Source of the DNA: Bugula neritina
Lineage: Eukaryota; Animalia; Bryozoa
Reading direction: 5' to 3'
Assembly: GCA_964035545.1 (NCBI GenBank)
Contig: OZ037766.1
Span: forward strand, 32,912,773 to 32,976,772
DNA: 64,000 nt
Part shown: piece by piece, positions 23,561 through 63,707 of the stretch
Numbering within the stretch: position 1 is the first letter of the stretch
How the letters are laid out: each line of letters opens with the position of its first letter
Notes under the pieces: model-generated
Database searches by the model: none
What the model saw: the letters and a program-made list of their open reading frames with translations, nothing else
What the model was told of the DNA's origin: nothing
Translations under genes and position numbers: made by a program

Positions 23561-25305
23561 ACATTGTCTATATTCCTTAAACTTTGTAGCTTTGTATTTA
23601 CGTACATGAGTGAGTTTTAAAGCTGATTTTAATATTTATATGCATAAACAATGTGTATAGAAACTATACCAATAAACAAACCTGAAAAATTCTACATATA
23701 AAATAAGAAAACATTAATGAAACAACAAAAGTGGCAAAAGATGGAGGCGAAGGCCAAAAGCACCATTGACGTCACTTTGAACTTTAACCCTTTGGTTGAA
23801 ACTGATAAATGTCAACTATTAGGATGAATGTATATATAGAAGTGTAATTCATATAGATTTTTGTTGTAAATTATTCATGTTTCAGAGTTGCACCCTCTTT
23901 GTAGAGCACAATATACCCAAGGGTTGCAGGTTATATAAAACTATAAAGCAGACATTCACAGGGAATAATTAAGTTGCTATGTGGTATACTCAAGTGTCAA
24001 ATATAACAGAGTTAGTACTACAACTTATATATAACAAATGTTTACATAGAGAGACCTGTGTTTATTTTGTCATATCAGAAAAAATATTGGAAACTGATTG
24101 TAAAGACAACTCCTATAAATTTCACCAAAAGTATATCTTTTACCATTAGTTAAAGCTTGTTATGTCAAAGTATATGAAAACACTACTTGGAGTGAATTTA
24201 ATTACTGGGAAGTATGAAAGGAGGTTTCGTCCCACTTAGACGTTTCCCAGTTAGACTCTATTTTCTATTTTGGTACCTATATAATAATTGTTGTATTGAT
24301 TGCTAAATAGCTAATATGTTTATAGCTATAATAGCTAATATAAGTTATTTGGAATAATAGTTCAATTTTCATGGATTTTCGAGAGACCAAAAAACAGTAT
24401 TGCAATAATAATATTTTCTTTGATGAATACTTACTAATGAAATATCTTTTCAAACAAGAAGTATAGAAAATGCAAAATGATAAGTTAATGCAGATCAAAA
24501 GAATTGATTTATATGCTAAATAACAAGCAATCGATCTAAGTTTATTTAAACATCAATATATTTCAATAGTATTTAAATAAATCGCACATAAAATATATAT
24601 ATTATACCAAAATAAATAAATAGCGTCTAACTGGGATGACACCTGCAGGTGTACATGAAACGAATTTAAACTGCTAGTGAGAAATTAACCACAAACCTTA
24701 CAAATGTGTTTGCACTCAGCTGTGAATGTAAGCTATCTGATATATAATACATTTATATATACTAGAAATTATTAAATACATGTTCTGATTTCTTTTGTAT
24801 CACTTTTTACTGAAAAGGCATGATGACAGCAACAGCTGCTGATTAAATTATATTAATAAGTTCTTTGAGTTTATTCAGTTTTATGTTTCACTGTCAGTCA
24901 GACGATTATCATTGTACCAGGTTTGTAGTAAATTGGAAAATAAGTTTAACTGAAACTGTATACTCCACAATGATTAACAGGAGAGTGTGTTTAGAGTTTA
25001 GATATATGTAATACTCATTCTTATTATAGCTTTATAAAATTAAATTATCCTGTCAGATGGAGCTCTAATAAATCTAATAATAATAATAAAAGTTTCCATA
25101 TATTATATGTATATGTAACTGCAGGGGTTAATTTAAAGCAGGATTTATTGCAAACAAATGTTACTAATATCTCTTAGAATAGGATACAAAATATGTGTTC
25201 AACAACTGAATGCAATCACTTCAGAGCATCATATTGAGAAGGAAACAAGAACTAGGAGGTTATAAGAATTTATCATTGTTTAAGTCTATAACTTTGAAAA
25301 AAATT

Positions 25306-28300
25306 ATGAACCAGCTGTCTATTACAGTAAGTTTATCAGTTTCTCTATAATCACCATAACTTATAGACTGATTTTAAATTGGGTTTTGTAAATATTCAAA
25401 CCCAATTTTCTAATGCAAAACATAAGATATACAAATTAACTTTAAAGTAATTTAATTACAGCTTGATGAATAGTATAAACAGTAGAATTATATTTCTACT
25501 AAATAATCTAGCTAATAACTCACAATAATATAGTCAACAATCATATAATGAAAAGTATATTTACTTTAAACTCACATAGAATATAACTACACAGAGTATA
25601 TTAATGGGTATATTTTATGTTCCAGAGTTTAATGCTGGTACTAACCATCCAGCTGGTAGAAAGTGGATCTGATCCATATCCAAGGTAACTGTGATTATAC
25701 AGCAAGAGTGTGTATTTTATAATATTATACAATTCATGTATTACAGTAATTCTGTATATTCGGTAACTCAATTTATGCTATTGCTGCCAGCCAGTAAACT
25801 CTAAAAAATGTAGAGTGATGACGGCAAAGCTTAATATACAAATAAAACAGATTATATTTTAATAGCACTGTACAGTACTATAATATATTCAATCTAATGA
25901 GTGAGTATTTATTGTTCTTAAAAGAGTTTATTTTATTTTTAGTGCTTCATTGAGCAAACCGAAGGTTGTTCTTAGCACTGAAAGGCCTATTTACCACATG
26001 GAGCTGGACCTGTACAGAGATGATGGGAGTATTATGTTTAGTACCTGGGAACACCTTAACACTACAGATGGGGCAACTCCTACTACTCTAGCAACTATTC
26101 GGTCAAGTTCTATTACAGGGTTCAAACAAGTGAATAAAACTCATGTGGCTGTAGCAGCTTATTCCCAGCATTGTATTAAGATGTTAAACAGAGTAGATAA
26201 CAGCTTACGTACTTTAGCAGGGACATGTGGTAGATGGGGGTATGTTGAGGGTGGAGTAGGTACTGGTAGACTAAATGGATCTTTTAGTATCGATATAGAT
26301 GTTAGAAACCCAGACAGGTTGTTAGTTACTGACTACTATAACAATGCACTGAGATCTGTAGACCTTCACACAGGAGAACTGAGTACTGTTATTAACTCAG
26401 GTTTCAACTACCCTAGTTACTTAGTTTGGGCTGACAACAAGTTACTAGTGAGTAATGGACATTATGTATCTCAGGTTAGTTGGGATGCAGATGAATCTGT
26501 TACAAACATTAAACTAGCAGGTTCATTATCTCTTGGTTATGTTGATGGAAGTTTCAATACATCCAGGTTTAGATGGCCTAAGGGAATAACAAGAGTTGGG
26601 TACAACATGTATCTTGTTGCTGATTATTTTAATGAGGTACTCAGACTATTAGATTTGAATAGTAAACAAGTAGGTCCTGTGTGTTTTGATGGAGAGACTT
26701 CCTGTACAATCAGCTCTCAATTACCAGACTTTCCAATGTCTATACTGAAAGTAGGAGAGGATGTGTATGCTAGTATGGGGAGAAGTATCTACAAATTGAT
26801 TGGTGAGTACATAGAAAACATATATACATAGAATACGTATACATAGAATACATATACATAGAATACATTTACATAGAATATATATACATAGAATACATAT
26901 ATACATAGAATACATATACATATATAGAATACATATACATAGAATACATTTACATAGAATATATATACATAGAATACATATACATAGAATGCGTATAAAT
27001 AGAATACATACTAAATCATTTTATAATCAATCACAGCTACATCTAAATGTCTGCAAATTATGTCACATTAGAACTTGGCTACTGTATTGTAAATGTTTCC
27101 ATGCAAACCCACTGTATCTACTAATTAAGTTTATCCAAAGACCAATTTATGAGTATTTATCTATGTCAACTTCTAAGTAAGTTTATTATAGTCAGGAAAT
27201 TCTTTTCAACTTACAGGTTTAGATATCTGCGGGCCACATAATGTGACTGTATACTTGGATCCAGGACAGAGTAAGACTAACTACACTTTACCAGGATGTT
27301 CCTTCACAGCATATCTCTCTGAAGGAAGTCACAAGTTCTTCAAACAGTGTTCTGTCTACGACATCAATGTTTTGAGTATGTCATACTTTTCATAAACTTA
27401 AATGAAAATGCATTATTTGATTTTTTATAGAAATTGTTTTTATAAATTCAATAGATTGTACGCGTGAGTAAAAGTCAAATTAAAGTCAGCGTTATAAAAT
27501 GTTTTCTAAGATACAGTAGAAGTATAATAATCTGGTAAATTGTATTATGATATTTTATAGTATTATATAAGTTTATAGACTAGAGATTTGGAGCTATATA
27601 TATTATCATTATGCTGTATGGTAGGTCAATCACCATATAGTAAAAGCTGCTTTCTATTTGTAGGCAAAGATTATATTATATCTCATATTTTATTTATATT
27701 TACATACAGGGTCACCCATAGTAAGGAGACTGATGTTTGTGAGTAGATATGATGTTTCTTGTATGCTTGTGAAGAATGCATACAACAGAGAGTTCCTGAT
27801 ACCTTCCATATCTCAGCAAAAGAGACACCTTCAAACAATCTGTGCTCATGGTAAGTTTATTGTTGTTGTATTATTGTTTGTAAAGAAACAAAAATAATAT
27901 CATCACTATTTAAAATAGATTATTTTTGTGCTTTGTTTAGACTGCAACATGTCTTCTGAGATAGAAACTTGGTATAGGTGTGAGAATGATGAGCTGACAG
28001 TCTATTGGCCAACTGACAAGACCTTCTCTGTAGTCACTAAGGAAGTTCCTGATAAACTAAGAGATGAACTGAGAGAGAGACTGGTTGGTCACGAGACAGA
28101 ATACTCAAATGTTAAGTTTCAGGCACCCAGAAATAGGTGAGTTGCCTGTTTCCTAAAGTCTCCTTTTATGAAGTTACACAGATAATGTTTTTCTCTATAG
28201 TTTTGCTGAACAGCTAATAATTTTATAGTAAAATACACAAATTTACAAAATGTTGAATTCTCATTTACTCCGAAAGCAAAAGTAAGGTAATATAATTCTT

Positions 28301-28504
28301 CAAGAATGTAAATAATATAATATTGCAGTTGTCACTGTTACCATATTATATTATTGTGTCTTAAGACTTTTACTGTAGTGTACATTTTCCAGGACTGTTG
28401 AAGCTAGACCGAATGCGAGAGGAGAGAGAATACACTTTCTACTGTCCTCTACATGTGCTGATAAAACACTGAGATACAACTCTGCCAATGACCTCTGTAG
28501 CTAA
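25306..28504 (+). CDS. Secreted NHL-type beta-propeller protein, tandem copy 1 (7 exons)
   Basis: Phase-consistent exons 25306-25326, 25626-25684, 25943-26802, 27217-27375, 27710-27850, 27941-28136, 28393-28504 (TAA). N-terminus MNQLSITSLMLVLTIQLVES is signal-peptide-like. Exon 3 has NHL-like blades (TLAGTCG...LLVTDYYNNALR; LAGS...FRWPKGI...LVADYFNEVLR). No transmembrane segment is evident. Confidence 0.82.
26806..27011. repeat. ~15-bp minisatellite (ACATAGAATACATAT)n starting at the intron-3 donor of NHL copy 1
   Basis: Direct inspection; absent from the matching intron of copy 2. Confidence 0.92.
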
Positions 28505-29122
28505 ATACAACTCTGCCAATGACCTCTGTAGCTAGATACAACTCTGCCAATGACCTCTGTAGCTAATTTTCACTGTAGCCACCAGTTCAACATGTCTGAC
28601 AAACAAAACAAACATTGAAATACAAAACACATTCTTTGTTACCTGGGAAACTATATCATTCACAGTATATACAGCTGTCTTTCTTTAAAATAGTTTATAA
28701 TTGCCATTATATCAGTACTAGCAACTTTATATGTATATAACCAACAGAACACAATGTAGTACTTAGCATGCTTTAGTTAGCTATTGATTACACTTTTGTT
28801 CTGATTTATGTTACTAATTACTTTAAAGTGTATTACTCTATAATATGTAAGAGATTTAAATTGTATGATGAACTTTATTTGTCTATTGCAATTTAGAGTT
28901 GACAACAAAATTGAATGTTTGCATTATATACATGTTATTATAATATGCTACGCAGCACAACATACCATTCTAGTACTGAGTATATATTTTGTAGTTGAAT
29001 AATATTACCACTTAGTAACACTAGTTATATATATGCTCTTCACTGAGCTTGTTTTTGGTATCAGAATGAATAAAGAGTCTAAGAATAACATTGGTTTGTA
29101 TACCCATGATACTAACAGTGAC

Positions 29123-29533
29123 ACGAAATTTTGAAAATGGCAATTGGAAAACACCTATTTTGAAAATGGACAATTAGAAAATGGACAATTGGAAATAAAC
29201 AATTGAAAGATGACGTTTGGAAAATGAAAAATATTCAACATGGTCTGGTCCTGAGAGTGTGTTCGGCATCTGGTCAATTCCAAAATAGCTTTTAAAAATA
29301 AATATAATGGCCTAATCAGTTAGGCTATCACAGAAGTAGAATTAGTTACCTAGTAGTTCTTATAATTTAAAATTGTTCACATTTACAACAAGCTTTTTTA
29401 CGCCGACCAGATACTAAACACACCCTCTGGACTAGGCCATGTTGAATATTTTTCATTTTCCAAATGTCTATTTTTTCCAATTGTCCATTTTCCAAATAGG
29501 TGTTTTCCATTTGTCATTTTTGAAATGTCTCGG
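29123..29533. mobile_element. Foldback/MITE-like element with ~150-bp inverted arms
   Basis: GGAAAACACCTATTT...TTTGGAAAATGAAAAATATTCAACATGG...TCTGGTC is mirrored by GACCAGA...CCATGTTGAATATTTTTCATTTTCCAAA...AAATAGGTGTTTTCC. Confidence 0.7.
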
Positions 29534-31570
29534 ATTCGATACTACTATCATGATTAAATTATCTTTGTTGAATATTAGTGTTAAAATACTCCACTTATAG
29601 TTTCTTGTTGAATTACGTCTTTGTGTCAGTTTATATCCTAATACTACTGACTAGTTAAATATCAACATCTGATTGGTTTAGCAGAGTATCACTTTCTAAC
29701 AAACTAAACTGAATTGGAAAGGCTACAGATTAAATAATGCTGCTTAATATTATTTAAATAAATTATTATAATAATAAAATAAAATACTATGATGTAAACA
29801 GGAAATAGTGATAAATACTCAACATCATTTCTTCCAGTCAAATATTTAAAAGCTGAAATTTGAGATTTCAACAGAATACTTAACATTAAAGTTTATACAT
29901 AAAACATTGAACTATAATAAACAGTTGGGAGCCACAGATAACGACTGTGTTCTTTCAGAGGATATAAAAATCGCATGTATATGATATGTACAGTTCAGTT
30001 AAATATTTAAGAGTTGAAATTTGAGGTTTCAATAAAATAAACACGCAGTATTAAAGTTTATACATAAAACATTGAACTATAAACATTTGAGAGTCACAGA
30101 TATAAACTGTGTTCTTATGACATAGAAATGATGCCTACAACTGCTATTGTATTTTTCTTTAATAAGATGATAGAACACAGGCTATGCCTGTCTTTAATAA
30201 GATGATAGAACACAGGCTCTGTCTGTCACATGACATGAATCCTGTTTAAACTGGAGATATTTCAGATAAAGTAGAAAATATTTATCTTATCTTTTGATCT
30301 ATTAGAAACGTTATTCTTATATCAAATTACATTACATCATATAATATACACACACAGCCATCTTGTATACATTACATCATATCATATACACACAGCCATC
30401 TTGTATACATTACATCATATTGTATACACACAACCATGTTGTATACATAAGTGACTATATAAGAACAAGTAGCTAAAGAACATTGAATAACATATTGCAG
30501 CTGTTTTACACAGAATACTTATTTACCAAGTTATTGCAACATGCTAGTCTAACAAGTCTCAGCTGTGATAGATTCTGATAATTATTGGAACATTTTGGAG
30601 TTGAATGGAATCAAATTATTTACACCTGTACATGATTGAATAAATATTTGACACCTTCACCTTAATAAACTAAGCATGTATAAATACTGTGATAATCCAG
30701 GTCTTCTGATTCAATTAAGTTATCAGCAATCATTCCTGGGAATAATATTAAAAAGTTACATCTATGCATTTTAACATTGTTAACAATAGTTAATATTTTG
30801 TGAATGTATACTATACACTGTATGTTATATATGTCAGTACATCTGCACTAAGTTAACTGCTAGATAAATGATTTACCTCCTGAATACAGATTATATTATA
30901 TGACAAAGTCCTCTATACTCTATCTTTCACATGTCAAGGTCAACATATGTTTATCATCAGGTGATGTGTTTCACCACAACTAGAAATCTGACACAGAGTC
31001 TGTCTTCAGTCAGTGTATGTAATTCAATCACAACACAAATTCCTTCCCTACTTTCTACATAACATACTCAGTACCAGATGTTGTAGCTTAGTTCATGTGT
31101 TCTCAGGTCTAGGTTTACTGTCAGCAAACCTTTGGTCAGCTTTTGATTATATAAAATAAATATATAAGTTTAAAATTATATAAATATTTGCTTGCAAATC
31201 TTACTTTAAAAGTCACAATATGATAAACACACAATATACTAACATACTAACATACTGACATGCTGACATACTAACATACTAACATACTAACATACTGACA
31301 TACTGACATACTGACATACCGCCAGACAGCATGCCAGACATCCAACTAAAACACATTTGTATCCAGGACTCTGTTTCCTGCTCCTAATATCTCTGGTTCT
31401 GTAAATATCTGCTTTGTTTATCATGTCTTGAGTTGATCAATTGTCATGTGACTGGTTTCTATATAAACATATCACATATATGAGAAGTATATAGGAAGTA
31501 TAAACTTTATTTCAGTATATTGAGTAAGAGTAGCAGGAATAACAATAGTATTACATAATAACAGAAGGAG

Positions 31571-34500
31571 ATGATGGGACAGTATTTGTACATTATTGTG
31601 AGTATCTGAATACATACCATGAGATATTATTCATATTCTATTTAGGTAGAAGGTAATTTATACCTATCAGTATTTTAGATAAACTAAAAGCAATATCTAT
31701 GAAGTTTCAAATTTATGAGTTGGTGCCATCTGTCTGTATTTTATCAATAACATTTTGATAAATTGTCATTCTTTAACAAAATACGCTTGAATAAGCTGTT
31801 AGCCATACTTTTGCACAATCATTTTTTAAGGTTTTTTTTCAACCCCGGTGTTCTAAAATTTTATGAATTCAAAGTTTTAAAAAGTTTTAAAAAGTTTTAA
31901 AAATTCATGATTTTATACTAATTTATTTTCCCATGTACTATAATAACATATACATGAAACATGCAAACCAAGTTTAAAGTATTGAATTACAGCTAAAACC
32001 AGTTTGAATAAAAAGAATGACTGTTGAATAACAGTTTGCAGCTTATATACAGTTTCCAGTAAGAAATACTAGAATTATACTTATACTATAGATAATCTAA
32101 TAACTCACAATAATATAGTCAACATAATCAATTATATATTGAGAAGTATTTACTTTAAACTCACATAGAATATAACTACGCAGAGTATATTAATGTGTAT
32201 ATTTTATGTTCCAGAGTTTAATGCTGGTACTAACCATCCAGTTGGTAGAAAGTAGATCTGATCCATATCCAAGGTAACTGTGACTATACAGTAAGAGTGT
32301 GTATTGTGTGATGTTACTATTAATCTATTATAGTAATTCTGTGTAGTCAGTAAATCTATTTATGCTTATATCGCTGCCAGTAAACTCTAAAATATGTAGA
32401 GTGATGGCAGCAAAACTTAATATACAAATAAACAAATGATATTTTAATAGCAGTTTATACAGCAATATATATACAATCTAATGATTGAGTGTTTATTGTT
32501 CTTATAAAAAGAGTTTTTATATTTTTAGTGCTTCATTGAGCAAACCGGAGGTTTTTCTTAGCACTGAAAAGCCTATTTACCACATGGAGCTGGACCTGTA
32601 CAGAGATGATGGGAGTATTATGTTTAGTACCTGGGAATACCTTAACACTACAGATGGGACAACTCCTACTACTCTAGCAACTATTTGGTCAAGTTCTATT
32701 AGAGGGTTCAAACAAGTGAATAAAACTCATGTAGCTGTAGCAGGTTATTCCCGGCATTGTATTAAAATGTTAAACAGAGTAGATAACAGCTTACATACCT
32801 TAGCAGGGACATGTGGTAGAGCAGGGTATGTTGAGGGTGGAGTAGGTACTGGTAGGCTGAATTACCCGTATGGTATTGAGATAGATGTTAGAAACCCAGA
32901 CAGGTTGTTAGTTACTGATAGATATAATCATGCACTAAGATCTGTAGACCTTCACACAGGAGAACTGAGTACTGTTATTAACTCAGGTTTCTACTCTTGC
33001 GGGTATTTAGTTTGGTCTGACAACAATGTACTAGTGAGCAATGTGCATTATATATCTCAAGTCAGTTGGGGTGACGATGGTTCGGTTGATAACAAAAAAG
33101 TAGCAGGTTCATTATCTGATGGCAACCTTAATGGAGCTTTTAATACATCCAGGTTTGCTGTTCCTTCAAAAGTAACTAGAGTTGGGTACAAAATGTATCT
33201 TGTCGCTGATCATAAAAATAGAATACTCAGACTATTAGATTTGAATAGTAAACAAGTAGGTCCTGTGTGTTTTGATGGAGAGACTTCCTGTACAATCAGC
33301 TCTCAATTACCAAATGTACCATTGTCTATACTGAAAGTAGGAGAGGATGTGTATGTTGGTACTTGGGATAAAGGTATCTACAAGTTGAGTGGTGAGTAAT
33401 ATATCATAATATATGTGTGTAACAATCAGTATACATCCTTTTGAATATGTCATATAATTTCTATAAATCTCACTCAAACTGATATAACTATATAGCTACT
33501 CTGTATGTTACTAATGATATCCGTGAAATTAGTTCTTATAATGATAAAAAATATCTTTATATCTATTGAAGTAGTCACACATTGAGTTGCTACGATTTGC
33601 TTGGAGCTAAGGCTGCTATATAAAACAGCTAATTATGGTTTAAATTTTCATAAGACTTTTATCACTAATAAGCGACTATCAATGTGGTGACAAATAAAAC
33701 AAAACAGGTACAGTGTTTTTTCATTTCAATGTCATAATGTGCAGAAAACATTACTAACTTTTTCACTTTTCCAAAAGTCAAAACAAGACATTTTTAACTA
33801 GAAATAGCTTTTGCTGATGATCGAATTCAAATTTGGTCTAAATTTGTGAATTACAAAAAAGCTACTATACAGAATAGCTAACTTTACAGTTCACAGTACA
33901 GACAGTTTTTAAAATTTGGAATATAAGTGTCCTTGTTGACTTTTCAGTTGTTTATATAAATAAGAATCAGTGTACAAGTTTGGGATCTTGTTAATATACA
34001 TGGTACTTTACAGATTGCATTGATATCTGTTATTATACCAACACAACTGTACCTGTTGAGATCATCTAGCAACAGATTCATTATGAGAATACTTGTTGGC
34101 AGCTAAAGTGCAGAAAATAACGCTAAGATTTTTAAAAACATTTTATCAACGCTGGAAATGTTTTTATTTTGCTAAAAATGAAATCAAACTGAGTTCAGAG
34201 TTTAGTATTGATTCTATAAAACAAAGAACTTATTACAGAACCTTCTTTTTTAGGTATTCGTCTGCCATTTGACAACCCAACTGTCTATTTGAATCCTGGA
34301 GAGAACACAACTAAATACAAGTTACCAGGAAGTTCCTACACAGGATATTTCCAGGAAGGAAGTTATGAGTTCTCTAGAGAATATAATAATCACCCTGAGG
34401 AGTCTTTCTATTACATAACTGTGTTGAGTGAGTTATTACATAACTGTGTTGAGTGAGTTATTGCATAACTGTGTTGAGTGAGTTATTACATAACTGTGTT

Positions 34501-36106
34501 GAGTGAGTTATTACATAACTGTGTTGAGTTAGTTATTACATCACTGTGTTGAGTGAGTTATTACATCATAGTGTTGAGTGAGTTATTACATCACTGTGTT
34601 GAGTGAGTTATTACATCATAGTGTTGAGTGAGTTATTACATCATAGTGTTGAGTGAGTTATTACATCATAGTGTTGAGTGAGTTATTACATCATAGTGTT
34701 GAGTGAGTTATTACATCATAGTGTTGAGTTAGTTATTACATCACTGTGTGGAGTGAGTTATTACATCACTGTGTTGAGTGAGTTATTACATCATAGTGTT
34801 GAGTGAGTTATTACATCATAGTGTTGAGTGAGTTATTACATCATAGTGTTGAGTGAGTTATTACATCATAGTGTTGAGTGAGTTATTACATCATAGTGTT
34901 GAGTTAGTTATTACATCACTGTGTGGAGTGAGTTATTACATCATAGTGTTGAGTTAGTTATTACATCACTGTGTTGAGTGAGTTATTACATCATAGTGTT
35001 GAGTGAGTTATTACATCACTGTGTTGAGTGAGTTATTACATAACTGTGTTGAGTGAGTTATTACATCACTGTGTTGAGTGAGTTATTACATAACTGTATT
35101 GAGTGAGTTATTACATCACTGTGAATTGTTATGAAAATAACTGAGTTATTGCAAATCATTTTGATATAAAAATCTGGGCAAGCAACTTGGTTAAAATCTA
35201 GACTTGCAGTACGTTTTAACCTATACAAGGCTTTAGAGTCTAACACTGAAACTTTATATCGATCTGTGTGGTAATAATTGTTGTAATAAAGGTCTATAGA
35301 GAAAACCATATATAAATAGTCATTTTATGCCATTACAGAGTCACCGATAATAAGGAGACTGATGTTTGTGAGTAGATATGATGTTTCTTGTCAGCTTGTG
35401 AAGAATGCATACAACAGAGAGTCCCTGATACCTTCCATATCTCAGCAAAAGAGACACCTTCGAACAATCTGTGCTCATGGTAAGTTTATTGTTGTTGTAT
35501 TATTATTGGTAAATTGAGAAAAATAATGTCATCGGTATTTAAAATAGAATATTTTTGTATTTTGTTTAGACTGCAACATGTCTTCTGAAATAGAAACTTG
35601 GTATACGTGTAATAGTGAACTGACAGTCTATTGGCCAACTGACAAGACCTTCTCTGTAGTCACTAAAGAAGTTCCTGATAAACTAAGAGATGAACTGAGA
35701 GAGAGACTGGTTGGTCACGAGACAGAATACTCAAATGTTAAGTTTCAGGCACCCAGAAATAGGTGAGTTGCTTGTTTCCTAAAGTGTCATTTTATGAAGT
35801 TACACAGGTAGTGCTTTTCTCTATAGTTTTGTTGAACAGCTAATAATTTTATAGTAAAATACACAATTAAGTTATAAAAATAAGGTAATAAAATTTTGTA
35901 ATAATGTACGAGTATAATAATAGATTTCAGTTGTCACTGTTTCTATATATAGTATAATTGAATTGCTATAGCATTTACTGTGTACATTTTCCAGGACTGT
36001 TGAAGCTAGACCGAATGCGAGAGGAGAGAGAATACACTTTTTACTGTTCTCTACATGTGCTGATAAAACACTGAAATACAACTCTGCCAATGACCTTTGT
36101 AGCTAG
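31571..36106 (+). CDS. Secreted NHL-type beta-propeller protein, tandem copy 2 (7 exons)
   Basis: Exons 31571-31597, 32215-32273, 32529-33391, 34254-34427, 35339-35479, 35570-35762, 35995-36106 (TAG). Same intron phases as copy 1 and high nucleotide similarity to it, including several introns. Confidence 0.82.
34409..35122 (+). repeat. 25-bp minisatellite made of the exon-4 end plus splice donor (TATTACATAACTGTGTTGA|GTGAGT)n
   Basis: The first unit overlaps the coding end of exon 4 of NHL copy 2; ~28 copies; absent from copy 1. Confidence 0.96.
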
Positions 36107-36236
36107 ATACGGCTCTGCCAATGACCTCTGTAGCTAGATACAACTCTGCCAATGACCTCTGTAGCTAGATCACTGTCAATGACTTATGTAGCTAACTCTC
36201 ACTGTAGACATCAGTTGACTAACAGTGTTGTCACTC

Positions 36237-36606
36237 TACATTACTATACATATATTATGATGTATCAGCTAATATACTTTATATTACTATACATATATGA
36301 TATATCAGCTAATATACTTTATATTACTATACATATATGATATATCTGCTAATATACTTTATATTACTATACATATATGATATATCAGCTAATATACTTT
36401 ATATTACTATACATATATGATGTATCAGCTAATATACTTTATATTACTATACATATATGATATATCAGCTAATACACTTTATATTACTATACATATATGA
36501 TATATCTGCTAATATACTTTATATTACTATACATATATGATATATCAGCTAATATACTTTATATTACTATACATATATGATATATCAGCTAACATACTTT
36601 ATATTA
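36237..36606. repeat. 40-bp minisatellite downstream of NHL copy 2
   Basis: (TATATCAGCTAATATACTTTATATTACTATACATATATGA)n. Confidence 0.95.
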
Positions 36607-36845
36607 TTATTGTTTTGTGTTTTGATGATGTGCAGGACAGTTTATATGGTTTTCAAAACATTAGCCACTTGCATCTTGTCAAAAGATTCAACTTGCTAGA
36701 TACTAAATTGTGAACTTATGCTATGTTACTTGGTATAATTATGTTTTGATTGATTTTGTTTCAGTATCAAACATTATAATGATTTACTGGTGGCAAACCG
36801 TACCTACAGTCAGTAAGTTTTGCCAGCTTCAGGATAGTTTACCAC

Positions 36846-37036
36846 TATACTACTACTACTGCTGCTGCCGCTGCTACTACTACTACTGCTACTACTACTA
36901 CTACTAATACTACTACTAATACTACTACTAATACTACTACTAATACTACTACTACTATTACTACTACTAATACTACTAACTCTACTAATACTACTACTAC
37001 TACTAATACTACTACTATACTAATATTACTACTACC
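36846..37036. repeat. (TAC/TAA)n microsatellite
   Basis: Direct inspection. Confidence 0.92.
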
Positions 37037-37558
37037 AACATGATTAGGCTGTTAGAAACATACAGTTTATTGATTTGAATAAATTTTATTACTTCAAGAA
37101 CTGCATGTTCTGCAGTGTAACTGCTACGAAAGTTGTATATAGATTTATTAAATTTTAGTTTTACTGATATACCTATTTGAAAACGTCAACAAATAAATTC
37201 TATTTCTGTGCTACAGCCTCTTATAATGTATACAACTAGCTATGGCAATATCTTCATAGCTTTATTATAAACAGAGAGATGCAATCTATCGCTTTGGAGT
37301 TATGTCCTCTGCAATGAACTATTAGAACTCATAAACACCAGAAATGGCAACGCGCTTCTTATAGTTGGGAATTAGAAACTAAACATGACTGGATTATAAG
37401 TTTATGTAACTTCAGAATAATTTATTTGAATAAATAGCACAAAGTATGGAGTAATGACTATGTACAATATAAACTTAGTATAAACATTTCATATATAGCA
37501 TTGCACCAAAAGTCATTACAAATTGAGAAACAGTTCAGTTGAATCAAAACTTGAGTAT

Positions 37559-63686
<26,128 letters not shown>

Positions 63687-63707
63687 CTAGAGATTCAAAG
63701 TAACAGT

